From contig CAWJET010000001.1 of NCBI GenBank assembly GCA_963842085.1, positions 2,432,001 to 2,496,000 of the forward strand: a DNA stretch of 64,000 nucleotides. The letters are read 5' to 3'. The notes beneath the pieces are model-generated. The model was given only the letters and a program-made list of their open reading frames with translations. It made no database searches and was not told the origin of the DNA. This DNA comes from an uncultured delta proteobacterium (lineage in GTDB: Bacteria; Desulfobacterota; Binatia; Binatales; Binataceae). Below are positions 19,016 through 28,773 of the stretch, one piece after another (the first letter of the stretch is position 1; each line of letters starts with the position of its first letter). Made by a program: the position numbers and the translations under genes.

Positions 19016-19882
19016 ATGGGGATCGAGTTAAAGAAGTTCGACACCAGGCTGCAGGCCGAGGGACCCGAGGTACGCCATCTCGACCCCGCCGCAGCGCCGT
19101 TCTACCTGCCGATTAGCGACGAGGTGGAAATCTTCACCGCCGCCTACAAGGCGCGACTGCCGTTGCTGCTCAAGGGACCGACGGGATGCGGCAAGACCCG
19201 CTTCGTCGAGCACATGGCGCATCAGTTGTCATCGCTCGCCAACGGCCCCAATGAGCTGATCACGGTTGCGTGTCACGAGGATCTCACCGGCAGCGACCTG
19301 GTCGGCCGCTTCCTGATCCAGGCCGACGAGACGGTTTGGGTCGACGGTCCGCTGACACAGGCCGTGCGGCGCGGCGCGATTTGTTACCTGGACGAAGTGG
19401 TCGAGGCGCGCAAGGACACGACCGTGCTGATCCATCCGCTGTCGGATCACCGGCGGATTCTGCCGATCGAAAAGCGCGGCGAGACGATCGAGGCGCACGA
19501 CGGATTTCTGCTGGTGATTTCGTATAACCCCGGCTACCAGAGCATCCAGAAAAACCTGAAGCATTCGACGCGCCAGCGCTTCGTGACGATCGAGTTCACC
19601 TATCCGCCGGCGGACAAGGAAGTCGAGATTATCGCGCACGAGGCAGGCGTCGAGCAGGATATCGCGTCGCAACTGGCGGTGCTGGGCGAGAAGGTGCGTC
19701 ATCTTAAGGCGTCGGGCCTGGAGGAGGGCGTTTCGACGCGCCTGTTGATCTACGCCGGTGAACTGATCCGGCAGGGGATTGCGCCGCGGCGCGCGGCGAC
19801 GGTCGCGGTCACGTGGTCGCTGACCGACGAAGCCGACAGCAAGCGCGCGATCGACGAAGTGGTAAAAGCGATCTTTCCATAA
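19016..19882 (+). CDS. CbbQ/NirQ/NorQ family AAA+ ATPase
   Basis: [60 protein letters not shown]. Confidence 0.93.
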   Translation: MGIELKKFDTRLQAEGPEVRHLDPAAAPFYLPISDEVEIFTAAYKARLPLLLKGPTGCGKTRFVEHMAHQLSSLANGPNELITVACHEDLTGSDLVGRFLIQADETVWVDGPLTQAVRRGAICYLDEVVEARKDTTVLIHPLSDHRRILPIEKRGETIEAHDGFLLVISYNPGYQSIQKNLKHSTRQRFVTIEFTYPPADKEVEIIAHEAGVEQDIASQLAVLGEKVRHLKASGLEEGVSTRLLIYAGELIRQGIAPRRAATVAVTWSLTDEADSKRAIDEVVKAIFP

Positions 19883-19943
19883 GTTGCGGCAAGATTCGTG
19901 ACTCGACGCGAATGACTCCAACCAATCCAGCGAGGTCGCGTAA

Positions 19944-20984
19944 ATGACAGTCTCCGCAAACTTCAAGGTGATTCTGGCTTTGGCCGCGACGCTCGCGATG
20001 CTCGGCTTGGGGGCGCCTGCGATGGCGCAGGAACCGATGGCCGGGCTCCAGGCACAGTCGGGACCGCGGCTGGATTTTCCGGCCGGGCTGGCGACCGACG
20101 GCCGCGCCGTTTACGTCGCTAACAGCCGCAACAATACCGTCGAGGCGATTGATACGGCGACGAGGTCGCTCCGAATCGTGGCGGGCAAGCTCTTCCAGGA
20201 AGGCAGCAACGACGGCGTTGGCGACACTGCGCGCTTCAACAGCCCGGACGGGATGACGATGTCGGGGCAGAACCTCTACCTTTGCGACACCAACAATTCC
20301 GACGTTCGCCAGGTCAACGTCAGCAGCGGAGCTGTCACCACCATCGCGGGCACGGCGAATATCTCCGGCACCGAAGACGGCTCCGGCGCGGCGGCGCACT
20401 TCAACCTGCCCACCCAGATCGCGACCGACGGCACCTCGCTGTACGTGGCTGACAGCGGCAACAACACCATCCGGCGCATCACGCTCGGCGACATGAAAGT
20501 CAAGACGATCGGTGGACAGGCAGGCACTGCGGGCAAGACCGAAGGCGGTCCGGACAAGTCACAGTTCAGCAGCCCGCGCGGAATCGCGGTTGACAAGAAA
20601 GCGATCTACGTCTCGGATACCGGCAACGACGTGATCCGCAAGATCGATATCACGACGCTCCAGACCAGCACCTTGGCGGGCACCGGCGAGGAAGGCGACA
20701 AAGACGGTCCCGCCCTGCAGGCGCAGTTCAACGACCCCGGCGCGTTGTGCACCGACGGCACGATGCTCTACGTGCTGGACGCCGACAATCATTCGATTCG
20801 CAAGATCGATCTGAACGCCAACACCGTGACCAAAGTGACTCTCGTCAACGGCCATATCGGTTCGGGCTGTGCGCTCAGCAGCGATGGCAAGCAGCTCTAC
20901 TTCTCCGACACCACCGAGAACGCCGTCGAGGTCGTCGATACCACCAGCGGCAACTTCACCACGCTCTATCCTCCGGGGCAGTAA
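19944..20984 (+). CDS. Secreted NHL-repeat beta-propeller protein
   Basis: Signal peptide (PAMA); repeated F..P.G.A.DG..LYVAD..N..IR.I units. Confidence 0.88.
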   Translation: MTVSANFKVILALAATLAMLGLGAPAMAQEPMAGLQAQSGPRLDFPAGLATDGRAVYVANSRNNTVEAIDTATRSLRIVAGKLFQEGSNDGVGDTARFNSPDGMTMSGQNLYLCDTNNSDVRQVNVSSGAVTTIAGTANISGTEDGSGAAAHFNLPTQIATDGTSLYVADSGNNTIRRITLGDMKVKTIGGQAGTAGKTEGGPDKSQFSSPRGIAVDKKAIYVSDTGNDVIRKIDITTLQTSTLAGTGEEGDKDGPALQAQFNDPGALCTDGTMLYVLDADNHSIRKIDLNANTVTKVTLVNGHIGSGCALSSDGKQLYFSDTTENAVEVVDTTSGNFTTLYPPGQ

Positions 20985-21011
20985 CACGGCACGCGCGGCG
21001 GGCATCGCGAC

Positions 21012-22058
21012 TTGATCGATCTGCGCAGCGACACTGTAACCTTGCCGACGCCCGCGATGCGCGAGGCAATCGCGCGCGCCGAGCTGGGTGACGACGTTTA
21101 CGGCGAAGACCCCAGCGTGAACCGGCTCCAGGCGATGGCGGCGTCGCTGATGGGCAAGGAGGCGGCGCTGCTCGTGCCGAGCGGCACGATGGGCAACCTG
21201 GCCGCGATGCTGACGCACTGCGCGCGCGGCACCAAGGCAATAGTCGGCTCCCAGTCGCACACCAATCTTTACGAGGCGGGCGGCGCGTCGGCTCTGGGAA
21301 GCATCGTGCTCACCGCGGTCGCCAACACCGAGGACGGCGAGCTCGACCCGGGCGAACTCGCGCGCGAGCTCGGTACGCCGGCCGACGATCACTTCGCGCA
21401 GCCGTCGCTGGTGGTGATAGAGAACACTCATAACCGATGCGGCGGCGCGCCGATCAAGCTCTCGCACATGGCGGAGGTTTCCGGCGCGGCGCATCGCCGA
21501 GGAGTTCCGCTGCATCTTGACGGCGCGCGAATCTTCAACGCCGCGCTGGCGCTCGAGACGACTCCGAAAGAAATCGCCGGCATCGCGGATACGGTTTCGT
21601 TCTGCCTGTCGAAGGGACTCGGATGTCCGGTGGGCTCTCTCCTGTGCGGGAGCCGCGAGTTTATCGCGCGCGCGCATCGCACGCGCAAGGTGCTGGGCGG
21701 CGGAATGCGGCAGGCGGGAATAATCGCCGCGGCCGGAATCGTCGCGCTGACCACGATGGTCGATCGGCTGGCCGAAGATCATCAGAATGCGCGCGCGCTG
21801 GCGCAGGGCCTGGCGCTGGTCGCCGGACTGAACGTGCGGCCGGTCGCGAACCGGACCAACATGGTCGTGTTCGACGTCGACGGCGACGCCGAAACGTCGC
21901 GGCGTTTCGCGGCGGCGATGCGTGAGCGGGGGGTCCTGATCTCGCCGCGCGAGGCGACCTCGTTCCGCGCCGTGACCCATCATGGAATTTCGCGCGCCGA
22001 CATCGATCGCGCGGTCGCGGCGGCCGCCCAAGCCGCCGGCGAAGTTTTCGGCGACTGA
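21012..22058 (+). CDS. ltaE: Low-specificity L-threonine aldolase
   Basis: IDLRSDTVT, GDDVYGEDP, PSGTMGN, ENTHN, HLDGARIFNA, CLSKGL, GGGMRQAG. Confidence 0.95.
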   Translation: MIDLRSDTVTLPTPAMREAIARAELGDDVYGEDPSVNRLQAMAASLMGKEAALLVPSGTMGNLAAMLTHCARGTKAIVGSQSHTNLYEAGGASALGSIVLTAVANTEDGELDPGELARELGTPADDHFAQPSLVVIENTHNRCGGAPIKLSHMAEVSGAAHRRGVPLHLDGARIFNAALALETTPKEIAGIADTVSFCLSKGLGCPVGSLLCGSREFIARAHRTRKVLGGGMRQAGIIAAAGIVALTTMVDRLAEDHQNARALAQGLALVAGLNVRPVANRTNMVVFDVDGDAETSRRFAAAMRERGVLISPREATSFRAVTHHGISRADIDRAVAAAAQAAGEVFGD

Positions 22059-22079
22059 AAACTTTAATGTGAGGTTGCT

Positions 22080-22460
22080 ATGATCAAACTCGTTTACGTG
22101 GTCCGAAAACGCGCTGACGTCTCCGAAAAAGATTTCCACGAGTACTGGCTGAAGAAGCACGGACCGCTGGTGCGCAGCTTCGCGAAAGCGATGCGCGCGA
22201 GAAAATACGTGCAGAGCCACACCGTGTTGGAAGACGCGGGCAGGCAGATTCGCGCCACCCGCCCCAGGATGACGGAGACCTATGACGGCATCACCGAGGT
22301 ATGGTGGGACACGCTCGAGGATTTCAGTTCAGTCACCGACCCCAATGACCGTACTGAGGCGGCCCGCGCCCTGCTCGAAGACGAATCCAAGTTCGTTGAT
22401 TTCGAGCGCTCCTCGATTTTCTTCACCGAAGAGCACGAGATCTTTGACTACACGAAGTAG
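22080..22460 (+). CDS. EthD domain protein
   Basis: F.EYW...HGPL, YVQ.H, YDGITE.WWD, L.EDE..FVD. Confidence 0.85.
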   Translation: MIKLVYVVRKRADVSEKDFHEYWLKKHGPLVRSFAKAMRARKYVQSHTVLEDAGRQIRATRPRMTETYDGITEVWWDTLEDFSSVTDPNDRTEAARALLEDESKFVDFERSSIFFTEEHEIFDYTK

Positions 22461-23274
22461 CCTGGAACCAGGCTTCGTCCGGGGCGAAGACTCGGATTCG
22501 CTCGAAGCTCTTTTCTCTCTGCGCGGACATCGCGCACTGGTCACCGGCGCGTCGTCCGGGCTGGGCGTGGAATGCGCGAAAGCGCTGGCGATTGCGGGCG
22601 CCGACGTGGCGCTCGTCGCGCGTCGCAAGGACCGCGTCACGCAAGTTGCGGCCGTGCTGGCGAAAGCCCACGGCGTCAAGGCTGTTGGAATCGGCGCCGA
22701 CGTGACGCGCGAGGCCGACCTCGATCGCGTGATGGCCGAGACGACGGCCGCGCTTGGCGACGTGGACATCCTGGTGAACAACGCGGGCGTGTCGCCGACC
22801 GGTCGCGCCGAGAACTTCAAGCGCGAGGCGTGGGACGAAGCAATCGCGGTCAACCTGACCGCGCCGATGATGCTCGCGCAGCGCGTCGCGCGCCGCCTGA
22901 TCGAGACCAAACAGCCGGGCCGCATCATCAACATGGTTTCGATTTACGCATCGGTGGCGAGTTCCGTGTACCGGCTGTCGGCCTACGCGGCGACCAAGGC
23001 GGCGTTGGCGAATCTGACGCGTCAGTTGGCGGTCGAATGGGCCGGCTACGGGATCCTGGTCAACGCGATCGCGCCGGGATGGATCCCCACCGAGGCGACC
23101 GAAGGCGGAATCGCCAAGCCCGCGAACAAGGATCGGATGGAAGCGTTCACGCCGATGAAGCGGCTCGGGCTGCCGCATGAGGTTCGCGGCGCGGTCATCT
23201 TCCTTGCCAGTCCGGCTTCAAGCTACGTTACGGGGTCGGTGATTTCGGTGGACGGCGGATACCAGGCGTGGTGA
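22444..23274 (+). CDS. Short-chain dehydrogenase/reductase
   Basis: FSL.G..ALVTGASSGLG, NNAG, YAATK, VDGG; start uncertain (in-frame TTG at 22444). Confidence 0.85.
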   Translation: MTTRSSLEPGFVRGEDSDSLEALFSLRGHRALVTGASSGLGVECAKALAIAGADVALVARRKDRVTQVAAVLAKAHGVKAVGIGADVTREADLDRVMAETTAALGDVDILVNNAGVSPTGRAENFKREAWDEAIAVNLTAPMMLAQRVARRLIETKQPGRIINMVSIYASVASSVYRLSAYAATKAALANLTRQLAVEWAGYGILVNAIAPGWIPTEATEGGIAKPANKDRMEAFTPMKRLGLPHEVRGAVIFLASPASSYVTGSVISVDGGYQAW

Positions 23275-24713
23275 ACGATACCGGGCTTAGAGCGCAACTT
23301 TTCCGGCGCAAGCCGGCTGCCACCTTGATGGCGGAGGCGGACTCGCGCGACGGGGGCCTCAAGCGGGCTCTGGGAGCGCTCGATCTCACGCTGCTGGGGA
23401 TAGGCGCGATCGTTGGCGCTGGAATTTTCGTGCTCACCGGCGTAGCCGCGGCAAGATACGCGGGCCCGGCAATCGTGCTCTCGTTCGTAGTGTCGGGCTT
23501 CGCCTGCGCGATGGCGGCGCTGTGCTATGCGGAGTTCGCCGCGATGATCCCGGTGGCCGGCAGCGCGTATTCATATTCGTACGCGACGATGGGCGAGCTG
23601 GTCGGCTGGATCATCGGATGGGACCTGGTGCTCGAATACGCGGTCGGCGCGGCCGCCGTCGCCGTGGGATGGTCGGGCTATCTTACCGTCATTCTCCACG
23701 GACTTGGGCTGCACCTGCCGGTTGCGATAACCAGCGCACCCGGCTCCGCTCCCGGCGCGATCGTCAACCTGCCCGCGTTGCTGATCGTGATGCTGATCAC
23801 GTGGGTGCTGTACATCGGAATTTCGGAGAGCGCGCGGCTCAATTCGATCATCGTCGGGATCAAGCTGTGCGTGATCGGCGCCGTGATCGTTGTCGGCGCG
23901 TTCTTCGTCAGGCCGGCGAACTGGAGTCCGTTCGCGCCGATGGGATGGTCGGGAGTGATGAAGGGCGCGGCGGTGATTTTTTTCGCATACATCGGCTTCG
24001 ATGCGGTCTCGACAGCGGCGGAAGAGGTCGTCGATCCCAATCGCGACCTGCCGCTCGGCATTCTCGGTTCGCTGTTCGTCTGCACCTTGCTCTACATCCT
24101 GGTCGCGGGCGTGTTGACCGGGATGGTGCCGGCGCATCTGATCGACGTGAACGCGCCGCTGGCCTCGGCGTTTGTGCTGCGCGGGATGCATGCGTTGTCG
24201 GGATTTATTTCGCTCGGCGCGGTGGCGGGCCTGACCTCGGTGCTGCTGGTGCTGATGCTCGGGCAGTCGCGGGTTTTTTTCGCCGTGTCGCGCGACGGCC
24301 TGCTGCCGCCCGCCTTCAGCCGGATTCATCCGAAGTATCGCACGCCTTATATTCCGACCACGCTGACGGGTTTCGCGGTCGGAATCACCGCGGCGCTCCT
24401 GCCGATCCAGGAAATCGCCGAGCTGACCAATATCGGGACGCTGTTCGCGTTCGTGCTGGTATGTTTCGGCGTATGGATCCTGCGCCACGTCGAGCCCGGC
24501 TTGAAGCGCCCGTTCCGCACGCCGCTGGTGCCGCTGGTGCCGATTCTCGGCGTCGTTTTTTGCCTCTACCTGATGGCGAGTCTGCCGGTGGTGACGTGGA
24601 TTCGTTTCTTTGTGTGGCTGGTGATCGGCCTGGTCATCTACTTCAGCTACGGCCGCTTCCACAGCCGGGTACAGAACAACGTAGTCGATCAGGCCGCCGC
24701 GTCAGGCAGATAG
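23268..24713 (+). CDS. APC-family amino acid permease (cationic amino acid transporter-like)
   Basis: LGIGAIVGAGIF, CYAEFA...P.AGSAY.Y, FFAYIGFD, GTL.AF; ~12 TM. Confidence 0.93.
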   Translation: MVNDTGLRAQLFRRKPAATLMAEADSRDGGLKRALGALDLTLLGIGAIVGAGIFVLTGVAAARYAGPAIVLSFVVSGFACAMAALCYAEFAAMIPVAGSAYSYSYATMGELVGWIIGWDLVLEYAVGAAAVAVGWSGYLTVILHGLGLHLPVAITSAPGSAPGAIVNLPALLIVMLITWVLYIGISESARLNSIIVGIKLCVIGAVIVVGAFFVRPANWSPFAPMGWSGVMKGAAVIFFAYIGFDAVSTAAEEVVDPNRDLPLGILGSLFVCTLLYILVAGVLTGMVPAHLIDVNAPLASAFVLRGMHALSGFISLGAVAGLTSVLLVLMLGQSRVFFAVSRDGLLPPAFSRIHPKYRTPYIPTTLTGFAVGITAALLPIQEIAELTNIGTLFAFVLVCFGVWILRHVEPGLKRPFRTPLVPLVPILGVVFCLYLMASLPVVTWIRFFVWLVIGLVIYFSYGRFHSRVQNNVVDQAAASGR

Positions 24714-24758
24714 GCACTGGTTCAGTTTGGCTTGATTTGGCCTTTTGTTTCTCGACGC

Positions 24759-25058
24759 TTAGGGATGTGGAGTGATCGCCAGGATCGTCATTTGCCCAGT
24801 TTTAGGACCATAGCAGAAGAAGACTCGAAAAGCCGCGGGCGTCCTGTTCTCTGCATACGCCTCAAAAACTTTCTGGCCTTGCGGACCGGAAAGCTTCGAG
24901 TACTCATGCGTATTTAAGCTCGGATGGCGAGGGTTCATTTCTAAGAGGCCGAGTGTTTTCTGAACGGCGCGAAGTCGCTTGCCGGCACCGGGATCTTTCG
25001 ACAGCAGCGCAAGCGCGTCTCGTGCTGATGGCGTGAAAACCAGGCGAAACTTCCCCAC
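24759..25058 (-). CDS. RelE/ParE-superfamily toxin-like protein
   Basis: 99 aa, basic; FT..A, NPRHPSL.TH, FEAY, RVF, I.AITPHP; downstream of an acidic-tailed partner. Confidence 0.75.
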   Translation of the reverse strand: MGKFRLVFTPSARDALALLSKDPGAGKRLRAVQKTLGLLEMNPRHPSLNTHEYSKLSGPQGQKVFEAYAENRTPAAFRVFFCYGPKTGQMTILAITPHP

Positions 25059-25069
25059 CGGACCTTCCC

Positions 25070-25408
25070 CTAGTCAATCTCGTCGTCTGCATATTTTTCG
25101 AACGATCCCACGTCCATCAGTTTTCCTTCGCGCGCCTCCTCCAAGCCTCTCACGACCATTTTCAGCGCTTCAGGGTTGCGGTACAGCCAAAGTTCGTGCA
25201 TCGGCACTGAAATCTCTGGTGAGAGCAACACTTGCCCAGCGTCGTTTACGTAGATGCCAAATCGGATCGCTGGGTCCAATTCGCCTCCGAGGATTTGCTT
25301 CAAGGATTCCAACGTCTTCGCCAGCGAGACCCGTTTTCGTTCATCGAGTGATGCTTCGCCGATTCGTTTAAAGCTGTCGTTCAATACCGCGGTCGCCATC
25401 TGTGCCAT
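25070..25408 (-). CDS. Putative antitoxin (AbrB/MazE-like N-terminus)
   Basis: AGGAG RBS; LDERKRVSL, P..ELWL..NPEA....RGL..A..GK, acidic C-terminus. Confidence 0.7.
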   Translation of the reverse strand: MAQMATAVLNDSFKRIGEASLDERKRVSLAKTLESLKQILGGELDPAIRFGIYVNDAGQVLLSPEISVPMHELWLYRNPEALKMVVRGLEEAREGKLMDVGSFEKYADDEID

Positions 25409-25432
25409 CTCTGTTTCTCCTATTGCGTCGAC

Positions 25433-25447
25433 TGTTACGACGTAACA
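25433..25447. promoter_or_regulatory. Palindromic operator upstream of TA operon
   Basis: TGTTACG-A-CGTAACA perfect inverted repeat 25 nt before the antitoxin start. Confidence 0.6.
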
Positions 25448-25491
25448 ATGGGGATAATATTCAAATGCAACAATGAGCCAATAAGCTAAAC

Positions 25492-25707
25492 GTGTCAAAT
25501 GTACCGACTACCCCTCTTAATGCCGCTCGACTTGCAAAACACCTTGAGATTACGCGCGAAGCTGCGCGACTGAGGCTTCAAAAAGCCGCAAAAGCCGGCT
25601 TGATCTCGCGAATGGCTAACGGGCGGTATCGGACGCGGAAACCGCAAGAGTCAAAGGCCGACGCGATGTTATCTAGGATACAGGAGGGCGAGACAGTGGA
25701 AGAATAA
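25492..25707 (+). CDS. Small winged-HTH-like protein or remnant
   Basis: LNAARLAKHLEITREAARLRLQK...GLI HTH pattern. Confidence 0.45.
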   Translation: MSNVPTTPLNAARLAKHLEITREAARLRLQKAAKAGLISRMANGRYRTRKPQESKADAMLSRIQEGETVEE

Positions 25708-25836
25708 AAAAGCGGCTCAGACTATCACCGTCACAAACTGAACCACTACCGCCCGATAGCAAGTCGCCGCGATATTGCGTTGCCACGACTGAAAAACGTC
25801 CGCTGCCCGGATTGCTGACGAAAAAACGTATGCGCG

Positions 25837-26421
25837 CTATTGGCTGGAGCGGTCGGCCGCCTTTTGCGCGGCTGCGGCCGCTGCCGCCGCAGCGGCGCGG
25901 GTCTGCGCGGCTTTTTCCATCGCGGCCTGGCGCTTCTCGCCGCGTGCGAGATTCTGGTTCATCTGCTTGGCGCCCGCTATCCCGAGGTCCTGCGACTCCC
26001 ACTTGGGCTTCGCTACGGAGACCCATTTCCCATCGTCAAGCGCGTAGGTGAAGACCAAATACTTGAGCTTGCCGGTGGCGAGGCCCTTGGCGGTGCCGCC
26101 TTTTTTGGTCGGGTCGTACTCGACGCCGCCGAGCTTGCAGCTCACGACGAGATGATTGTGCGGGCCGTAAGTCGGCAGGTACTCGAACTTCTGCTGGAGG
26201 TCGATGTATATCTGCCCCTTGCCTTTCTTTTCATCCTGCTCGTCAAAATAAGGCTCGGCTACATCCGAAAGTTTATCCTGCAGCGACTGCTCCAGGGCAG
26301 GCGTGAGGTCCTTTTGCGCGCGCGCGTGCCGCAAGTCCACCGCATGTGCAGGCGGCGCCTCGAGCGAAAACGAAAGCGCAGCCGCAAGGGCGACCGCGCC
26401 GAGTATCCTGAGATTTTTCAT
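25837..26421 (-). CDS. Secreted hypothetical protein, last gene of the exbB operon
   Basis: Signal peptide MKNLRILG...PAHA; Ala-rich C-terminal helix. Confidence 0.8.
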   Translation of the reverse strand: MKNLRILGAVALAAALSFSLEAPPAHAVDLRHARAQKDLTPALEQSLQDKLSDVAEPYFDEQDEKKGKGQIYIDLQQKFEYLPTYGPHNHLVVSCKLGGVEYDPTKKGGTAKGLATGKLKYLVFTYALDDGKWVSVAKPKWESQDLGIAGAKQMNQNLARGEKRQAAMEKAAQTRAAAAAAAAAAQKAADRSSQ

Positions 26422-26468
26422 GACGTCCCGGCCACCATCATAGTAGACGATTGGCCGGGCGCAAATAT

Positions 26469-27689
26469 TTACGGGCTGGAGCTGCTGTTGTTCAGCCCGC
26501 GCCCAAAGGCTGCGACCTGCGACTGCCATTGATCGCCGAACGCGAGGATCAGCACCTGCTGGTTGATGTGCGCGTCCTTGGTCAGCGACTTCATCGAGCC
26601 GCCACCAGCCGTCGCCAGCACTTTGTACGCCGCCTGCGTCTGCCGGTAGAACTCCGGCAGCGGCGAGATCTTCGGCGGCTCCTCGCGATGCACCTTGAGC
26701 CAGAACTCGCGCTCGAAACGCTCGTGCTCTTCAGCCGCCACGTCCACCGTGTTGAAAGTGCCGTTGTTGGTCTTGAACTGGCGGATCAGCGCCAGCAGCG
26801 GTCCGAAGTCCTCCTTATGCGGCGGCGAATCGCCCACCAGCACCACCACCTTCTTGGCGTACGGCTTCCAGTCCATCTTGTTGATTGCCGTCTGACACGC
26901 GCCAAAGGTGTCCTCTTCCCATTCACCGCCGCCCATCGCCTGGATGCCGTTAAGGAAGGTGCTCAGTTTTTGCGGCGACAAGGTCAGCGGCTGGATATGC
27001 ATTGGCTCGCCTTGGCCGCCGAACACGATTATTCCAATTCGCGCGATCGGCACCAGCCGGTGAATCGACTGGACCAACTGCTCCATCTTGGCCTTGACGT
27101 CGTCGATGATCAGTTTCATCGAGCCGGTGCCGTCGATCACCAGCACCACGTCCAGTCCCTTGCGCCGCAGTTCGCCGATAAATCCGCCGAAGCCCGAGCC
27201 GATGCCGTGGCCGTAGCCCGAGCCCATGCCGCCGCCGCGGCCGATGCCGATACCGCCGCCGCCGGCGGCGCGCACGTAGTCGCTGGCCAGGCCCACCGCC
27301 TGCGACGTGTCGACCGCGGTCGGCTGCTCCATCTGCTGCGGCGCCGTGTCGGGCATCGGCACTTCGGGCATGTCGAGATCCTGCATCTCGTTGCCGCCCC
27401 CGCCGCCGCCGCCTGCCTCCAGGTTCACCATGATCAACTCGCGACCCCGCTGCTCGTGCACCGTGATGATCAGGAACAGCAACGCCAGGACGTGAAGGGC
27501 GACCGAGAGGGGAAAGGGCCCGATCAGCAGACCGAGCGCATCTCTCATCTTCTGCAGACGGGTCGCGTCCGCTTCGTCATCGTCGCGGCGCGCTTCGGCC
27601 TCGAGCTCTCGTTTGCCGATTATGCGGTAGAAGATGAAAGCGACGACGAACGTCGAGAGGACGAGCAAAATTATAATTGCTGCGATCAT
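26469..27689 (-). CDS. Membrane-anchored vWA-domain protein with TonB-like anchor and linker
   Basis: Two TM helices, the second with SVALH; Pro- and Gly-rich linker; MIDAS-type DGTGSM; LVGDSPPH. Confidence 0.85.
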   Translation of the reverse strand: MIAAIIILLVLSTFVVAFIFYRIIGKRELEAEARRDDDEADATRLQKMRDALGLLIGPFPLSVALHVLALLFLIITVHEQRGRELIMVNLEAGGGGGGGNEMQDLDMPEVPMPDTAPQQMEQPTAVDTSQAVGLASDYVRAAGGGGIGIGRGGGMGSGYGHGIGSGFGGFIGELRRKGLDVVLVIDGTGSMKLIIDDVKAKMEQLVQSIHRLVPIARIGIIVFGGQGEPMHIQPLTLSPQKLSTFLNGIQAMGGGEWEEDTFGACQTAINKMDWKPYAKKVVVLVGDSPPHKEDFGPLLALIRQFKTNNGTFNTVDVAAEEHERFEREFWLKVHREEPPKISPLPEFYRQTQAAYKVLATAGGGSMKSLTKDAHINQQVLILAFGDQWQSQVAAFGRGLNNSSSSP

Positions 27690-27812
27690 ATAGAAACGTG
27701 CTCCCCGCTTGGGCCACGCTTGACGGAGCGGCCGAGGCCGAGGTCCTTATACATTAAGTTTAAGGCCGCGCGGTCTCCGCGGCAACGCGTGATTCCTCCA
27801 AAAGTCAAATTC

Positions 27813-28277
27813 CTACGCTCCGCCGCCCGGCGCTGGCGCACCACCGCCGCCGCCGCCAGGAGGTAGCGACGACACCGCGATCGCGATCGCCTCCGCGCCC
27901 GCCGACTTTGCCACGTCCAGAATACGAACCATATCACCAAGTATAACCTTTGGGTCACCCTGGAAAATCACTATTTTGTCGGTCGAATTCTGGAGCGCGT
28001 CATGAAGCTGCGGCATCAACTCGGGCTCCGTGACCTGCTTGTCGTTCAGATAGATCAAATGGTCGGCGGTGTAAGTGACAATGATGCCCTTGGGCTTTTC
28101 GTTTGGCGCGGTCGAAGCTTCGGCCTTGGGCAAATCGACGTGCGCCGCAGACTCGATTGTCACAGCCGTCGTCACCATGAAAATGATCAGCAGGACCAGA
28201 AAGATATCGGTCAGCGGGGTGATGTTGATATCGGCGAACACCCCGCCGCCCTGGTTTTTACTCATTGCCATGTGCAA
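27813..28277 (-). CDS. exbD: ExbD/TolR family protein (copy 2)
   Basis: DINITPLTDIFLVLLIIFMVT, VDLP, GD. Confidence 0.92.
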   Translation of the reverse strand: MHMAMSKNQGGGVFADINITPLTDIFLVLLIIFMVTTAVTIESAAHVDLPKAEASTAPNEKPKGIIVTYTADHLIYLNDKQVTEPELMPQLHDALQNSTDKIVIFQGDPKVILGDMVRILDVAKSAGAEAIAIAVSSLPPGGGGGGAPAPGGGA

Positions 28278-28326
28278 ATACCTCTGCGGGTGTCGATGCT
28301 CGGGTCAGCCACGGCGGCCGGCCCGC

Positions 28327-28773
28327 TCAACCTCCGGCACCCGACGAGTTGGCTAGTTGCGCACCCGTAACCCGCTTGGCCGCGATTGCAATTTGCGAGG
28401 CTCCGGCAGCCTTGGCAATATTGAGGATCCGTACCATGTCACCGAGCAGCACTTTGCGATCGCCCTGAAACACGACGATCTTCTGGTCAACCTTGCCCAA
28501 CGCGTCGGCCAGACTGGAGCGGAGTTCGCGCTCGGGAACGTCCCTGGAGTTCACGAACAGCTCGTGCTGGGCGGTGTAGGTCACGATGACGCCCTTGTTC
28601 TCGGGCGCGGTGTTGGTCGCGGTCGGCAGATCGACGTGCGCGGCGGACTCGATGGTGACCGAAGTGGTCACCATGAAGATGATCAGCAGCACCAGGAAGA
28701 TATCGGTCAGCGGCGTGATATTGATGTCGGCGAAAACGCCGCCACCGCTGGTATGCGGTCCGCTAATTGCCAC
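28327..28773 (-). CDS. exbD: ExbD/TolR family protein (copy 1)
   Basis: DINITPLTDIFLVLLIIFMVT, GD...G.MV.IL..AK.AG. Confidence 0.92.
   Translation of the reverse strand: MAISGPHTSGGGVFADINITPLTDIFLVLLIIFMVTTSVTIESAAHVDLPTATNTAPENKGVIVTYTAQHELFVNSRDVPERELRSSLADALGKVDQKIVVFQGDRKVLLGDMVRILNIAKAAGASQIAIAAKRVTGAQLANSSGAGG

Larger units (their letters stand above)
24713..25750. mobile_element. Non-autonomous IS1-like cassette carrying a TA pair and an HTH ORF
   Basis: Terminal IRs GGCACTGGTTCAGTTTG (24713-24729) and CAAACTGAACCACTACC (25734-25750), 15/17; degenerate 8-bp flanks GGCAGATA/GCCCGATA; lower GC. Confidence 0.7.

Noticed and set aside
22282-22520. EthD-SDR fusion or recoding because the SDR lacks a nearby ATG
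   Set aside because: An in-frame TTG at 22444 overlapping the EthD end explains initiation.
19016-27689. vWA protein as the missing adaptor of the CbbQ/NorQ ATPase
   Set aside because: It is over 6 kb away on the opposite strand in another operon, is predicted extracytoplasmic, and lacks the long NorD/CbbO N-terminal region.
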